From positions 6,648-70,647 of IMG/VR virus record IMGVR_UViG_3300046791_000443: a stretch of 64,000 bases of DNA; one strand, 5' to 3'. The notes beneath the pieces are model-generated. The model had not been told where the DNA came from. It searched no databases and worked only from the letters and a program-made list of their open reading frames with translations. Source of the stretch: a virus. Positions 1 through 10,276 of this stretch are shown here, piece after piece. Position numbers and translations under genes: made by a program. Position 1 is the first letter of the stretch. Every line of letters begins with the position of its first letter.

Positions 1-1285
1 AGCGCAGCGTCAGTTCGCCGCCTGCACCGGGCCAGCCGATGAAGTCCCACCGCTTGGCGCCGACAGGGTTGCTCTGGATCTCCCACAGGAAGCCCGGCCA
101 CTCGGTGCGCTGCGCGCGGATGTAGGGCGCAATGACCTCGGTCGACGCGACCAGACTGCCGGTCACGAAAGCGTACAGGCTCGCAGGATTGAGATAGAGG
201 CTGCCAACCGACGTAGCGATGTAGCTGTCAGTGGCATTCGACTGCAGCCGCATGATGAAGTCGGACGCATCGGTGCCGATGTCGATGTAGCCGCCGGTCG
301 GACTTTTGACTTCGATGGATGAATAGAACTGCGAGTTGTCGCCCAGGGCGATGAGCCTGCGGTAGGCGTAGAAATCGCCGGTCGACTCCAGGCGCGCCCG
401 CTGCGGCGATCCTGCACCGTCCCCTGCATTCAGGTTGAAGTACATGATGCTGTTGCCGCCGCCAGCGGGGTTCGCGCCGACCAGATTGACCCCGATGCCG
501 CCGAACTCCGCGTAGGCGCTGTCGCCGCCGATGCCGTTGAAGACCAGCCGGCCGATCAGCGCGCCCGCCGCCGCAGGGCCGCCGCCGGCCGCCTGGCGCC
601 ACAGCGACAGCAGGGTCGCGTAGCCGGTCGTCGGCGCATCGTTGATCAGGCGCAGCTGGGTCCAGGTGTCGCTCGGGTTCCTGGCATCGATGTTGTTGTC
701 GAAGTAGGAGAGCCCGTGCGCGGTGAAGGTGCCGGTGACGTAGAGGTTGCCTGGGCCGGCGAGCGTGCCGCCGATCAGCGGCAGGTAGGCGCCGCCGGTC
801 GCCGGGGCGTAACCCTTGGCCAGCACCCAGGCTGCCGTCACCGCCTCGTTGCCGGTCAGGGCGTTGGAGGGCGGCGGGATGACGAAGGTGCCGTCGCGCT
901 TGAACTGCCAGATCTGCGTGAAGACGGCGGCATCAGTGAAGGCCGCTATCTTGAACGAACCGTCCGCCGACATGAGGCCGGTAAAGCCATGCTCGTTGGC
1001 GGGCGCCGCGCTGTTCCAGACATCCCAGCCCGCCTCGGCACCATCGACGGCGCTGTTGCCGGACATGCTGATCCAGCCGATATCGGCATAGACGGTGACC
1101 GTGTCCGAGCCAGCGCCGACAACCAGGTCACCGGTCATCGGCAGGCTGCCGTCGCGCGGCAGGAAGTCGCCCGCCGTGCCGGGGGCGACGATCCACATGA
1201 TCCCCGTCCACTGGTAGGTCACGCCGTTGGCGGCCGTGAACTGCTGGCCGACCGTCGGTGAGGCTGGGAAGTCGATCGCTGCCAT
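1..1285 (-). CDS. Tail fibre / receptor-binding protein, 3' end outside the window
   Basis: Not in the ORF track because it has no stop in the window. Read manually from ATG at 1285: MAAIDFPASPTVGQQFTAANGVTYQWTG...; it shares the W.F.RDGT and AVTAAWVLAK modules with the 1360-aa fibre. Confidence 0.75.
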   Translation of the reverse strand, partial: MAAIDFPASPTVGQQFTAANGVTYQWTGIMWIVAPGTAGDFLPRDGSLPMTGDLVVGAGSDTVTVYADIGWISMSGNSAVDGAEAGWDVWNSAAPANEHGFTGLMSADGSFKIAAFTDAAVFTQIWQFKRDGTFVIPPPSNALTGNEAVTAAWVLAKGYAPATGGAYLPLIGGTLAGPGNLYVTGTFTAHGLSYFDNNIDARNPSDTWTQLRLINDAPTTGYATLLSLWRQAAGGGPAAAGALIGRLVFNGIGGDSAYAEFGGIGVNLVGANPAGGGNSIMYFNLNAGDGAGSPQRARLESTGDFYAYRRLIALGDNSQFYSSIEVKSPTGGYIDIGTDASDFIMRLQSNATDSYIATSVGSLYLNPASLYAFVTGSLVASTEVIAPYIRAQRTEWPGFLWEIQSNPVGAKRWDFIGWPGAGGELTLR

Positions 1286-1294
1286 GCCGTGCCC

Positions 1295-1954
1295 CTAGGG
1301 GAAGAACGTGATGCGGACGCGGCCGATCGCGCCCGCCGGATTGCTGGCCGAAGTGTTCGACCCGCCGCCGCCACCAGGCGCCGTGCCCGCCAGGGTCGAA
1401 GCGCCGCCCGTGCCGGATCCCATCGGCGTCCCTGGGCTCAGGCCCGTCGTGTCCGTGCCCGCGGTCTGCAGCGACCCGGCACTGCTGGCGCCCGCGCCAC
1501 CGCCGCCGACCGAGTTGTTGCCGGTGCCGCCGTTGCCGCCCAGGCGCACTGTAGCACCGACGCCGCCCGCCGTGCTGCCGACGCCGGCCGTCGAGGCCGC
1601 CGCGTTGGTGCCACCCCTGGCGCGGGCGCCTGTCGTGGCCAGCGTCGGCACGGCGTTGGTGGTGTTGACCCAGCTGTCGGTGCCGCCGCCCGCGATCGCG
1701 ACCGAGTAGAAGATCGAGTTGCCGGGCGTGACGGCGATGCGCGCATTGGAGACCGCGAACTGGCCGCCACCGCCACCGGCACGCTGGCCGGTCGTCGCGG
1801 ATCCGAAGCCGTTGCCGCCCGAGGCCAGCGCCTCGCCGGTGTAGGAGTTGTAGCCCGCCGGGATGAGGACGCTGCCTGGGCCGGTCGCGGTGATGACCTG
1901 GACGATCGGCGGCAGACCGCCCGACGCCAGCAGTATGGCGGTGTTGGCGGGCAT
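1295..1954 (-). CDS. Glycine-rich tail-associated protein (about 219 aa)
   Basis: Likely start MPANTAILL at 1954 overlaps the upstream stop (TGATG); Gly-rich, ends GAIGRVRITF, typical of tail-region glycine-rich domain proteins. Confidence 0.65.
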   Translation of the reverse strand: MPANTAILLASGGLPPIVQVITATGPGSVLIPAGYNSYTGEALASGGNGFGSATTGQRAGGGGGQFAVSNARIAVTPGNSIFYSVAIAGGGTDSWVNTTNAVPTLATTGARARGGTNAAASTAGVGSTAGGVGATVRLGGNGGTGNNSVGGGGAGASSAGSLQTAGTDTTGLSPGTPMGSGTGGASTLAGTAPGGGGGSNTSASNPAGAIGRVRITFFP

Positions 1955-4900
1955 CAGGTGAGACCCGAGCCGCTGATGATCCAGCGCGTCGCCGTCACCT
2001 TGAGCGCGGTGGCGACGCCACCGACCGCCAGGGTGCGCGTGCCGGTCGTCGTCCCTGGGGACCACACCAGCACATCGGTGGACTGCACCAGGATCGTGAT
2101 CGCCGTCGCGCTGTCGTTCACGAAGGTGATCGTCGTGCCGATGATGTAGGGCAGCGTCGTGTTGTTGGGGATGGTGTAGGCCGCCGCCCCCGCACCGACC
2201 GCGTGATAGACATGCCCGCCCGCGTCGCCCAGGACGGTCGAGTAGTTGCCCGCCTGGATGGACTGCGGCAGGTAGCCGATCTCGGTCTGGACCCAGGCCG
2301 TGGTCGCGATCGAGGTGTCGTTGTCGCCCGCCGCGGGCGTCGGCGCGGTCGGGTTGCCCGTCAGCGCCGCATTGTTGAACGTCGTGAGGTAGCTGCCGAT
2401 CGGCTGGTAGGTCGCCGCCGCCGACGCGGTCGTCAGGAAGGCCGACATCCCCGCGATCGTCTGATAGGTCGACGCCGCCAGCGCCGTCGTCAGGTAGGCC
2501 GACATCGCGGCCACTGTCTGGTAAGGGCCGCCCGTGACGTAAGCCTTCGCCAGCACCCACGCTGCTGTCACAACCTCGGTAGCTGTTGCAGCACCGGAGG
2601 GGGATGCTCCCAACAACATCGTGCCGTTACGCAAAAACTCGAACTGCTGGATCGTCCCAGCGCCATCAGCGAGAGCGCGGAGGTATAGATTGCCGTCTGT
2701 CCAGGCCAGCGTATCCCAACGCTTGAGATCGACGCCTGCGTCGGCGTTCCACCACTCGAGGATCGGATTGCCGGTCGCCGGCGCGATGAGGATGTTCGCG
2801 GCCTGGAGCTGCCCGGTGAATTGCGGGCTGGGCGCGAAGCCGGGGTTGGGATAGCTGCCCGCCAGCACGCCGCCCGCAGGCCCTGACGGCGCTCCACCGC
2901 CGCCGCCCCCGCCGCCACTGCTGGTCGAGGGCGAGGCCGGCACCCAGGTGGCGCCCGTGCCGTCGTCGTAGAAGATGTAGAGCGTGGCGCCGCCGGTCCC
3001 GTCGGTCGCGTTCCACCACAGGTTCCCTGGGCTGGGCGAGGCCGGTGGCGTGAGCCCGATGGTGACCGAGGCGCCGCCGCCGCCCGTGCTGTAGCCCTGG
3101 TCCTTCACCCACTTGGTGGTCGCGACGATCTCGTCGTTCTGGATCAGCGGGATCGGCGCCATCGCCATGTAGCCTGGCGCCTTTACCACCCCGCCGTACT
3201 TGTTGAGGAACAGGGTGTACTTGTTGGTCGGCGTCGCCTGCTCAAACACCTCCACGATCATCTCGTTGACCGTGTCGGAGTAGATCATCAAATCAGCATG
3301 ATTGTTGCTGATGAAATTATGCGTCGAGCCGGCACCATCGGTGCCGAACCGCGTGCTGCCGAGAGCGATCAGATTGCTGATGAACGTCGCGTTGCTCGAG
3401 GGGTCGATGTGCAGCGCGCCGTTCCGGCCGAAGTAGGTGTCGCCGCTCGGTCGCGCCTCCCAGGCGACATAGTTGGACGCGCCCCCGATATGCCGGAGGC
3501 TGACCGTGATCGGCATGTTGCCGCCGACGACACCGGGCGTGCCCGTGACGGTGAAGTCGAAGAAGGGGCCGTAGACCCAGTCGTTGGTGAAGCCGACGCC
3601 GTTGGCCTGGATCCAGCCGATGCTGTCGCCATCCTGCAGCGACACCATCGCCGCGGGCGTGCCGCGCGCCGCCCACATCTCGAGGCCGCCGCCCCAGGTG
3701 CCATGCACCGGGTTGTTGCTGTAGGAGAAGACGCCGGCGCTGGTGTGGTAGCCGGCGTACTGCGTCGGCGTGCCGTTGGGATCCTCGTACCAGGACGAGA
3801 AGTAGCCCAGCGGCTTGTGATTGACCTCGGTCTCGAGCGTGCGCGTCCAGGTCGCTGCCGTCGGCGTCGCCAGGTCGACCGGATCGAGGACGGCGACGCT
3901 GCCCTTCTCGTTGATGTGCAGCGCGCTGTTGATGCCGAAGTAGGCGTTGCCGTCGGCATGGATCATCCAGCCGGCCCAGTTGCCCAGGAGGCCGTTGGCC
4001 ATCGTGAGCCGGATGCTGGTCGGCATGGTGCCGCCGACACCCGGCGTGCCCTCGACGCGGATATCGAGGCCGCCCGTGTAGGGCCAGCTGGAGCCGTTGT
4101 AGCCGCGTGCAGCGTAGTAGCCGATGAGATCACCATCAGCGACCGCCAGGGGCGCGACCATTGTGCCGCGTGCACGGGCGAAGATGAAGCCGGGGCTGTT
4201 CTCAGAGCCGGTGCCGTAGCCGTAGACATTGAACTCGGTGAACCATTCACCTGGGCCGTTCTGCCAGATCAGCTCATCACGCATGACGCCAGTGAAGCCG
4301 CTGCCGTTGCCCAGTTTGAACGTGTTGTCGATGACGCCGCTGGCGGGCTCGTAGTAGCCGATCTGCTGCAGCGAGCCGTCGCGCCGCCACACATCCTGCG
4401 CCTGGACCGCGTAGTCGGGGCCGTCACCGAAGGCAGTGATCTTGAGCGAGCCCTCGTCCACGCCCGCTGAAGGATCTGGAACCTCGAGGGCCCACTCTTT
4501 CTTGCCGGCCGCGTTGGCCGTGTTGGTGAGACCATAGCCGGGCCAGGCGCTCTCGACCTGGAGCCAATTCGGCACGATCAGCGTGCCGTCGCGCTGGAAG
4601 GTGTAGCTCTTCAGGAGCGCGCCTAAATCGGCGTTCGCCTGAACGACGAGCGACCCGCCGGACGATGAAGGCAGCATGTTGATCGACCAGAATTTCTGGT
4701 CGACCGCGTTCGTCGGGATCTGGAAGTCGTAACCAGGATTGAGACCCCAGTTGCTGATCCAGCCCGCATTGTCGAGCCACACACCGTCGCTGCCGTAGAC
4801 ACCGACCATGAGATCGCCCGACATCGTGTCGCCGATCTTCTTGACGTAGAGACCGTCCGCCCCGGTGATCGTCAGGTAGCGCGTGTCGAGATCCGCGATG

Positions 4901-6036
4901 TCGACACCGACCGTGCCGGTCGAGGTGAGAGGGTTGGGCGTCAGCGTGATGCCGAAGGCCTCGCTGATCGAGGTGACGCCGCCCAGGCTCGCGGTCAGGT
5001 AGCCCTGGTCCCTGACCCATGCCGTCGTGGCGATGTGGGTCGAGCCAGCGGCGGCCGTCAGCGGCGGGAAGGTCAGGAAGGCGTGACCGTCGGGCTGGAC
5101 ATGGATGGCGTCGGCCTTGCCGAAGTAGGTGGTGCCGTCGGACATGGCGCGCCACGCGAGCCAGTTCGCGTAGCCGCCATTGACCATCTCGAGGGCGACC
5201 GACATCGGCACGGTGCCGCCGCCGACGCCAGGGATCGTCGGCAGGACCGGACCATCGACGTTCCAGGTGATCAGCGGGCCCCATGTCCAGGCAACGCCAT
5301 CCCACCCGACCGCCTCGACCCACATGACGTTGTCGGGCGCCGCCACCGGCAGCCTCGCGTTGGGCGTGCCGCGCGACCCGAAGGACTGGTAGCCGGCGCC
5401 ATAGACGCCACCGAACCCCTCGATGTGGTCGGAGAAGGCATAGAGCGACACATCGCCGTGCCAGCCGTCGGCGGCGCCCCAGGCCCACAGCAGGCCGAGG
5501 TTGTTCGTGTTGAAGTCGACGCTGCGCGGGTCGGTGACGACGAAGCCCAGGTTGGACTTGAAGTAGCCGGTGTCGGCCGTGACATCGCCATCGAACACCG
5601 GGTTGGGGGCGAAGCCTGGGTTGGGGTAGGTGTCCTTGAGCACGCCGCCCGCCGGGCCCATCGGCAGGGTCTCGATGGTGCTGGCCGGCACCCACTGCGG
5701 CGGCCCGCCCGTCTGGCCGATCAGCACCTCGCCGGCGAGCCCGGCCGGCGTCGTCTCGACCGGCAGCAGGCCCATGCCGTAGACCAGGCCGAACTGCAGG
5801 AGCTCGGTGACGCCCGTGCCGCCGTGGTCGACCGGCACCGTCTCGAGCGTGACGATCGTGCCGGTGCGATGGAGCGGCGAGACGAAGCTGAGCTGCAGCA
5901 GCGCCGCCACGAAGCTCGTCATCTCGTCGACTGACGCCTTGTACGAAACGCCCGCCTGGACGACCTCAAAGAGCGCGGCACCCGAGAGGGTGCCGACGTC
6001 AGGGAGGTTGGGGATCTGCTTGTATCCCTCGGTCAT
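1954..6036 (-). CDS. Long tail fibre protein (1360 aa) with internal domain repeats
   Basis: IATTAWV-type fibre motifs, YVKKIGDTMSGDL, AGGVLAGSYPNP, and three copies of an RGT...YFG..ALHI module. Confidence 0.8.
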   Translation of the reverse strand: MTEGYKQIPNLPDVGTLSGAALFEVVQAGVSYKASVDEMTSFVAALLQLSFVSPLHRTGTIVTLETVPVDHGGTGVTELLQFGLVYGMGLLPVETTPAGLAGEVLIGQTGGPPQWVPASTIETLPMGPAGGVLKDTYPNPGFAPNPVFDGDVTADTGYFKSNLGFVVTDPRSVDFNTNNLGLLWAWGAADGWHGDVSLYAFSDHIEGFGGVYGAGYQSFGSRGTPNARLPVAAPDNVMWVEAVGWDGVAWTWGPLITWNVDGPVLPTIPGVGGGTVPMSVALEMVNGGYANWLAWRAMSDGTTYFGKADAIHVQPDGHAFLTFPPLTAAAGSTHIATTAWVRDQGYLTASLGGVTSISEAFGITLTPNPLTSTGTVGVDIADLDTRYLTITGADGLYVKKIGDTMSGDLMVGVYGSDGVWLDNAGWISNWGLNPGYDFQIPTNAVDQKFWSINMLPSSSGGSLVVQANADLGALLKSYTFQRDGTLIVPNWLQVESAWPGYGLTNTANAAGKKEWALEVPDPSAGVDEGSLKITAFGDGPDYAVQAQDVWRRDGSLQQIGYYEPASGVIDNTFKLGNGSGFTGVMRDELIWQNGPGEWFTEFNVYGYGTGSENSPGFIFARARGTMVAPLAVADGDLIGYYAARGYNGSSWPYTGGLDIRVEGTPGVGGTMPTSIRLTMANGLLGNWAGWMIHADGNAYFGINSALHINEKGSVAVLDPVDLATPTAATWTRTLETEVNHKPLGYFSSWYEDPNGTPTQYAGYHTSAGVFSYSNNPVHGTWGGGLEMWAARGTPAAMVSLQDGDSIGWIQANGVGFTNDWVYGPFFDFTVTGTPGVVGGNMPITVSLRHIGGASNYVAWEARPSGDTYFGRNGALHIDPSSNATFISNLIALGSTRFGTDGAGSTHNFISNNHADLMIYSDTVNEMIVEVFEQATPTNKYTLFLNKYGGVVKAPGYMAMAPIPLIQNDEIVATTKWVKDQGYSTGGGGASVTIGLTPPASPSPGNLWWNATDGTGGATLYIFYDDGTGATWVPASPSTSSGGGGGGGGAPSGPAGGVLAGSYPNPGFAPSPQFTGQLQAANILIAPATGNPILEWWNADAGVDLKRWDTLAWTDGNLYLRALADGAGTIQQFEFLRNGTMLLGASPSGAATATEVVTAAWVLAKAYVTGGPYQTVAAMSAYLTTALAASTYQTIAGMSAFLTTASAAATYQPIGSYLTTFNNAALTGNPTAPTPAAGDNDTSIATTAWVQTEIGYLPQSIQAGNYSTVLGDAGGHVYHAVGAGAAAYTIPNNTTLPYIIGTTITFVNDSATAITILVQSTDVLVWSPGTTTGTRTLAVGGVATALKVTATRWIISGSGLT

Positions 6037-6536
6037 TAAAGCGGCCCAGTCTCGGGCACTTCATCGTTGCCAGGGGGCAGGCCGATATCGGTGTCGCCGG
6101 GTGCCTGGGTACCAGGCTGTTCGTTGAGACCAGCAGGCGGCTCGCCGGTCTGCTGTGGCACGCGACGACGGTCCTCCTGGGTGGTGCGGAACGAACCGCC
6201 AGGGATCGGGATGCCGGTGAAGGGCAGCGTGTCGTAGGGCGGCCCACCCGTGACGCGGAAGTCAGCCGTCAGCCGCTCGACGTTCTGCTCGGGGCGCGGG
6301 TTCATGATCGGGATCGGGTCGGCCGGCAGGATGATGGCGCGCAGCTGCATCTGCGGCCGATCGAGGCAGCGCGGGCACACCAGGATCCGCTTGTTGATCA
6401 GCGATGCGCCGGCCCAGTCGAACTGCCAGCGCAGCTTGTTGTGATTGTACCAGATGCCACAGCCGTCGCAGACCGCGAAGGCCCGCGGCCGTGTCATGCT
6501 GGCGTGAGCTCGACCGGCGCGTGATGCGTAGCCCAT
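6036..6536 (-). CDS. Conserved phage protein with CxxC...CxxC motifs (head-tail region)
   Basis: AFAVCDGCG...LVCPRCLD; tightly coupled to the neighbouring genes. Confidence 0.7.
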   Translation of the reverse strand: MGYASRAGRAHASMTRPRAFAVCDGCGIWYNHNKLRWQFDWAGASLINKRILVCPRCLDRPQMQLRAIILPADPIPIMNPRPEQNVERLTADFRVTGGPPYDTLPFTGIPIPGGSFRTTQEDRRRVPQQTGEPPAGLNEQPGTQAPGDTDIGLPPGNDEVPETGPL

Positions 6537-6538
6537 GG

Positions 6539-7237
6539 TCAGTTCCTGTAGTAGCCGCCCAGCATCGGGCTGATGTAGAAGCTCGCGTTCTCCACATCGT
6601 TGCCTGCTGCCGTGGCGTAGGACTTCTCCGCGAAGGGCGCCAGCGCCGTGATCAGTGACGGCGCCCAGGAGCGTGCGAGCTGCAGCGCCAGGCCATCGGC
6701 AAAGGCGTTGAACCAGCGATAGGGCAGATCCATCGTCTTGCCGGCGTCGAGCGCGGCGTCCTGGACCTGGGTGACGCGGTAGTATTCGAGCGTGTCGCCG
6801 CTCACGCCATCAGGCACCGGCCACAGCGTCACCGTCGGGTGGATCAGGCGATCGAACCAGAAGACCGAGGTGAAGCCCTGGTGGTCCTTGTTGGGGTAGC
6901 TGGCGTACTCGGTGCGACTGACCGGCAGGATGATGCGGTCGATCTTCGGCGTCACCGGGGCGTACTGCTTTCGGATGTAGGCATCGAGGATCATGATCGT
7001 CTTGGGGTCGACCGCGTAGGTCGACTGGCCCTCGATCAGGGGCTCGCTCACCAGGTCGACCTTCCACAGGTTGACGCCCTGCTGCGACCAGTCGGCCAGC
7101 AGCAGGTTGGCCGCCATCCTCGACGTCTCCATGTGCGCCTGGGTCAGCGCCGGGCTGCGGATCTGGCACAGGTTGAAGGCGTAGAGGACCAGCTCACCGA
7201 GCGAAGGGCTGAAGGTATACGTCTCGCTGGTAGCCAT
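6539..7237 (-). CDS. Putative head-tail adaptor / tail tubular protein
   Basis: 232 aa downstream of the capsid genes; NLLLADW...GVNLW and LWPVPD motifs typical of podoviral adaptors. Confidence 0.65.
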   Translation of the reverse strand: MATSETYTFSPSLGELVLYAFNLCQIRSPALTQAHMETSRMAANLLLADWSQQGVNLWKVDLVSEPLIEGQSTYAVDPKTIMILDAYIRKQYAPVTPKIDRIILPVSRTEYASYPNKDHQGFTSVFWFDRLIHPTVTLWPVPDGVSGDTLEYYRVTQVQDAALDAGKTMDLPYRWFNAFADGLALQLARSWAPSLITALAPFAEKSYATAAGNDVENASFYISPMLGGYYRN

Positions 7238-7243
7238 GCGACC

Positions 7244-7888
7244 TCACAGATTGACGACGCCTGGCTGGGTGAACGTGGCGGTGACGAGACCCGTGCCGCT
7301 GTTCAGGAAGATGCGGGCGTAGGCCCAGGGCACGACGAGCTGGCCCGAGGCATTGGCCGTCTTGCCGACCAGTGCCGCATCCGGCGCATCGATCCATACC
7401 ATGTCGTTGATCGCGACCGGGTTGGTCGGTGAGTTGGGGTCGTCAGCCGTGACCTCGATGTCGTAGGCGACCGTGCCGCCGACCTTCACCATCACGCCGA
7501 TCGGCGTCCACGCCCAGGGATCGAGCGCCACCATCGGGCTGGCGCCGACGCTGGCCGTGCCGATGCTGACCGCGCCCAGGGAGGCCTGGTTGCCGTTCAC
7601 ACCGGTGACCTTGTTGTACTGGTTGACCGACATCACGGTGCCGGGCGCCGCCGGACCGTAGATGGTCTCGCTCACGGTGTTGCCCGCCACGTTGCGGCCA
7701 GAGAGCTCCAGGCGCAGGCCAGGCTCGGCCGCGGCGAAGGTGAAGAGGATGTTGCGATCGACGCCGGCGCCCATGCTCGTGGCGCCGTCCAGAACGAGCG
7801 CACCGGCCGGTGCGACCAGCGCGGTGCGGACTAGGACGGCGTTACCGGCGACAGCCAGGTTGCCTACTGAAACGGTGATCGGGCGCAT
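7244..7888 (-). CDS. Virion structural protein
   Basis: 214 aa, beta-rich composition, GGAG Shine-Dalgarno, in the capsid operon. Confidence 0.65.
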   Translation of the reverse strand: MRPITVSVGNLAVAGNAVLVRTALVAPAGALVLDGATSMGAGVDRNILFTFAAAEPGLRLELSGRNVAGNTVSETIYGPAAPGTVMSVNQYNKVTGVNGNQASLGAVSIGTASVGASPMVALDPWAWTPIGVMVKVGGTVAYDIEVTADDPNSPTNPVAINDMVWIDAPDAALVGKTANASGQLVVPWAYARIFLNSGTGLVTATFTQPGVVNL

Positions 7889-7942
7889 CGCAGTCTCCTT
7901 GGCGCGCCCACGGTCACGCTGTCAGCGGCACGCCCTCGTTGG

Positions 7943-8233
7943 TTACTTGGATCCGGGGGTCGCGTGCCCCTTGGTCTTGCCTTTGCCGGAGGCGGTGCCC
8001 GCCATCGGGTTGCCGTTCCAGCCGCCCATCGACTTGCTACCGCTGACAGTACGCCCACCGCTCGCTCGGCCGAAGCGGCCGGCGTGTGGCGATGGCTTTC
8101 CGCCCTTGATAGGTCCGATAGAGACCCCGCCGCCTTTCTTGCGAGCGACGGCGCCACCAGCATTCTTGCCGACCGCGCCTCCGCTCTGCTTGGCGACAGC
8201 GCCCCCCGCGGCGTGACCTGTACGTCCCTTCAT
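7943..8233 (-). CDS. Small basic Gly/Lys-rich protein with tandem xxGG motifs (putative internal head protein)
   Basis: MKGRTGHAAGGAVAKQSGGAVGKNAGGAVARKKGG...; GGAG Shine-Dalgarno upstream of ATG at 8233. Confidence 0.65.
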   Translation of the reverse strand: MKGRTGHAAGGAVAKQSGGAVGKNAGGAVARKKGGGVSIGPIKGGKPSPHAGRFGRASGGRTVSGSKSMGGWNGNPMAGTASGKGKTKGHATPGSK

Positions 8234-8244
8234 GAATGCTCTCC

Positions 8245-9333
8245 CTACGCCTGGGCAACGCCATAGACGCCGTTCTGCAGGCTCATGATCATCGGTGTGG
8301 GCGACTGTGTCACCACCAGACGCTTGGAGCCATCCGACGCCGACTGCACCGCGTAGGTGCCGCGGACGTCGCCGGTCGTCGGGGTCGAGGGGCCGCCGAT
8401 GCCAGCCAGGTAGCCCGTGGTCGCCGTGACGGCGGCACCGGCCCAGGTGATGGCGACATCCTGGAAGCTGCCGCTGTAGAGCGGGAAACCGAAGATGTCG
8501 GTCGTGCCGACCGTCACCGTGGCACCGACGATGCCGACCGGCGTGACGCTCTGCAGCCACTTGAAGGCCTTCTTGCCCGAGACCGTGGTCGCGCCGGCGG
8601 CGGTGAGGGCCTCCGTCAGCGGCATGCCGTAAACGTCGAGGCCACGCAGCGTGTAGACCGCCGTGTCGCCCGCAGCCGTCGTGATGCTGAGAGCGCGCCC
8701 GGCCATGGTCATCGGGTTGTAGAGGCTCGACCCGGTCTGGCTGGGATTGCCTGGGATGACGGGGACGCCACGATAGCCGGGGGCACCGATCAGGGCGCCC
8801 GAGGCGAAGGTCTGGGAGCGGTCCAGGATGTAGGTGCCGGTGTCGCCGCGGCCGGTGCCGTAGCCTACCACGGTGGCCGGCTGGAGCGTGCCGCCGGCAT
8901 CCCAGATGACGGTGCCTGGAGTGATCGTTCCGGTGACGACAGTGGCGGTGAGGACGTTGCCCGCGATCGAGCCCGTGAGCGAGACGCGGAGCGCATCGAT
9001 CAGCAGGAGACCCGTCAGCCCGCCAGCCGCCGCGCCGACCGTGACGACCGTCGAGTTGACGGTCGGCAGGACGAGAGGCGTGCCGTTGACCGGCACCTGC
9101 GAGCCGATGACCGTCGCCGCACCCAACGCCGTCGGGATGAAGTTGATCGTGTCGATCTTGCTCATGCCGAGCCAGCCGGCCGGCACCTTGGACGAGCCGG
9201 GGGTGTAGCCCTGCGGCCCGAGGATCCCGACGCCGCCATAGAACAGCGACGACCCGAGGTATGGGTTGTTGTCCATGCCACCGGGCGCCTCACCGAAGAC
9301 GATCAGCGGGCCAGTGAATGCTGAGACAGACAT
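8245..9333 (-). CDS. Virion structural protein (head fibre or decoration-like)
   Basis: 362 aa, Thr/Gly-rich, directly after the capsid gene, GGAG Shine-Dalgarno. Confidence 0.65.
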   Translation of the reverse strand: MSVSAFTGPLIVFGEAPGGMDNNPYLGSSLFYGGVGILGPQGYTPGSSKVPAGWLGMSKIDTINFIPTALGAATVIGSQVPVNGTPLVLPTVNSTVVTVGAAAGGLTGLLLIDALRVSLTGSIAGNVLTATVVTGTITPGTVIWDAGGTLQPATVVGYGTGRGDTGTYILDRSQTFASGALIGAPGYRGVPVIPGNPSQTGSSLYNPMTMAGRALSITTAAGDTAVYTLRGLDVYGMPLTEALTAAGATTVSGKKAFKWLQSVTPVGIVGATVTVGTTDIFGFPLYSGSFQDVAITWAGAAVTATTGYLAGIGGPSTPTTGDVRGTYAVQSASDGSKRLVVTQSPTPMIMSLQNGVYGVAQA

Positions 9334-9349
9334 TCAGCTTCTCCCTTGA

Positions 9350-10264
9350 TTACGCCGTCGGGTAGGTGCCGTAGATGGCGCGCCAGTTGTAGTAGGCGAA
9401 CGAGTACCGCTCGTAGCCCTTCACCAGCAAGTTGTCGGTGATGAAATCCACCTGCATGTCAGTCTCGAAACTGATGCGGGTCATGTAGCTGAGACCGTCG
9501 ATGTTGGTCAGCAGGAACCACGGGAAAGCCGAGGTGAGGAAGTCCATCACCATGAAGCTCTCCGGCAGGCCGCCGGCGGTGCTCAGGATTGCGTTGACGT
9601 CGTTGTCGGCCGTTCCAGGGCGCAGCTCGGTCTTGAGCAGGCGGATCGCGGTCGGCTCGTTCTGCGGCGCGATGATCAGCTTGCGCGCCCGCGCCAGCAT
9701 CTTGAGGCCGGCGATGTCGCGGAAGTTGGTGCGGATCGCGACCTGGGCGTTGAGCAGCGACGCCTCGTTGAGATCGACGTCGACCGAAGGTCGATTGGAG
9801 ATCGTCTGCCCGTCGATCGGATGCGCGACGTTGATCATGCTGACGCCGTCACCCCCGATGTTGGGGTTGTAGACGTTGCCGGTGTTGAGGAGGTCGGCGC
9901 CGTAGATCTCCTTGGTCTGATGGAAGCTCTCCGTCAGGCCGAGGTTGGAGGGCGCGAACTGGGTCTTGTAGAGGTTGTCGTCGATCGCCTTGCGCGTCAT
10001 CGCGTAGCCGAGACCGACTTCCAGGTGCTCCTGGTTGTAGATGAAACGCTCGCCGGCGCCGTTGTCGAAGGCAGTCTGGCCGCCTTCTGTCTTCAGCTGA
10101 GCGAGGCCCATGTACCGCATCTCGGCGGTGCGCTCGAGAGCCATCTTGCTCTCGTGCTTGGCATAGACCTTGTCGTACTGCGACGGGATCTGTTCGTACT
10201 TGCCCTCGACGCCGCGCAGGCCCGGCAGGAGCAGATCCTTGATCTGTGAGAGATTGACGGCCAT
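9350..10264 (-). CDS. Major capsid protein
   Basis: 304 aa; LLPGL start, K.EGG, AIDDNLY, HP, KLIIAP, K..ERYSF...WRAIYG; position after scaffold and decoration genes. Confidence 0.85.
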   Translation of the reverse strand: MAVNLSQIKDLLLPGLRGVEGKYEQIPSQYDKVYAKHESKMALERTAEMRYMGLAQLKTEGGQTAFDNGAGERFIYNQEHLEVGLGYAMTRKAIDDNLYKTQFAPSNLGLTESFHQTKEIYGADLLNTGNVYNPNIGGDGVSMINVAHPIDGQTISNRPSVDVDLNEASLLNAQVAIRTNFRDIAGLKMLARARKLIIAPQNEPTAIRLLKTELRPGTADNDVNAILSTAGGLPESFMVMDFLTSAFPWFLLTNIDGLSYMTRISFETDMQVDFITDNLLVKGYERYSFAYYNWRAIYGTYPTA

Positions 10265-10276
10265 GGCTGCTTCTCC

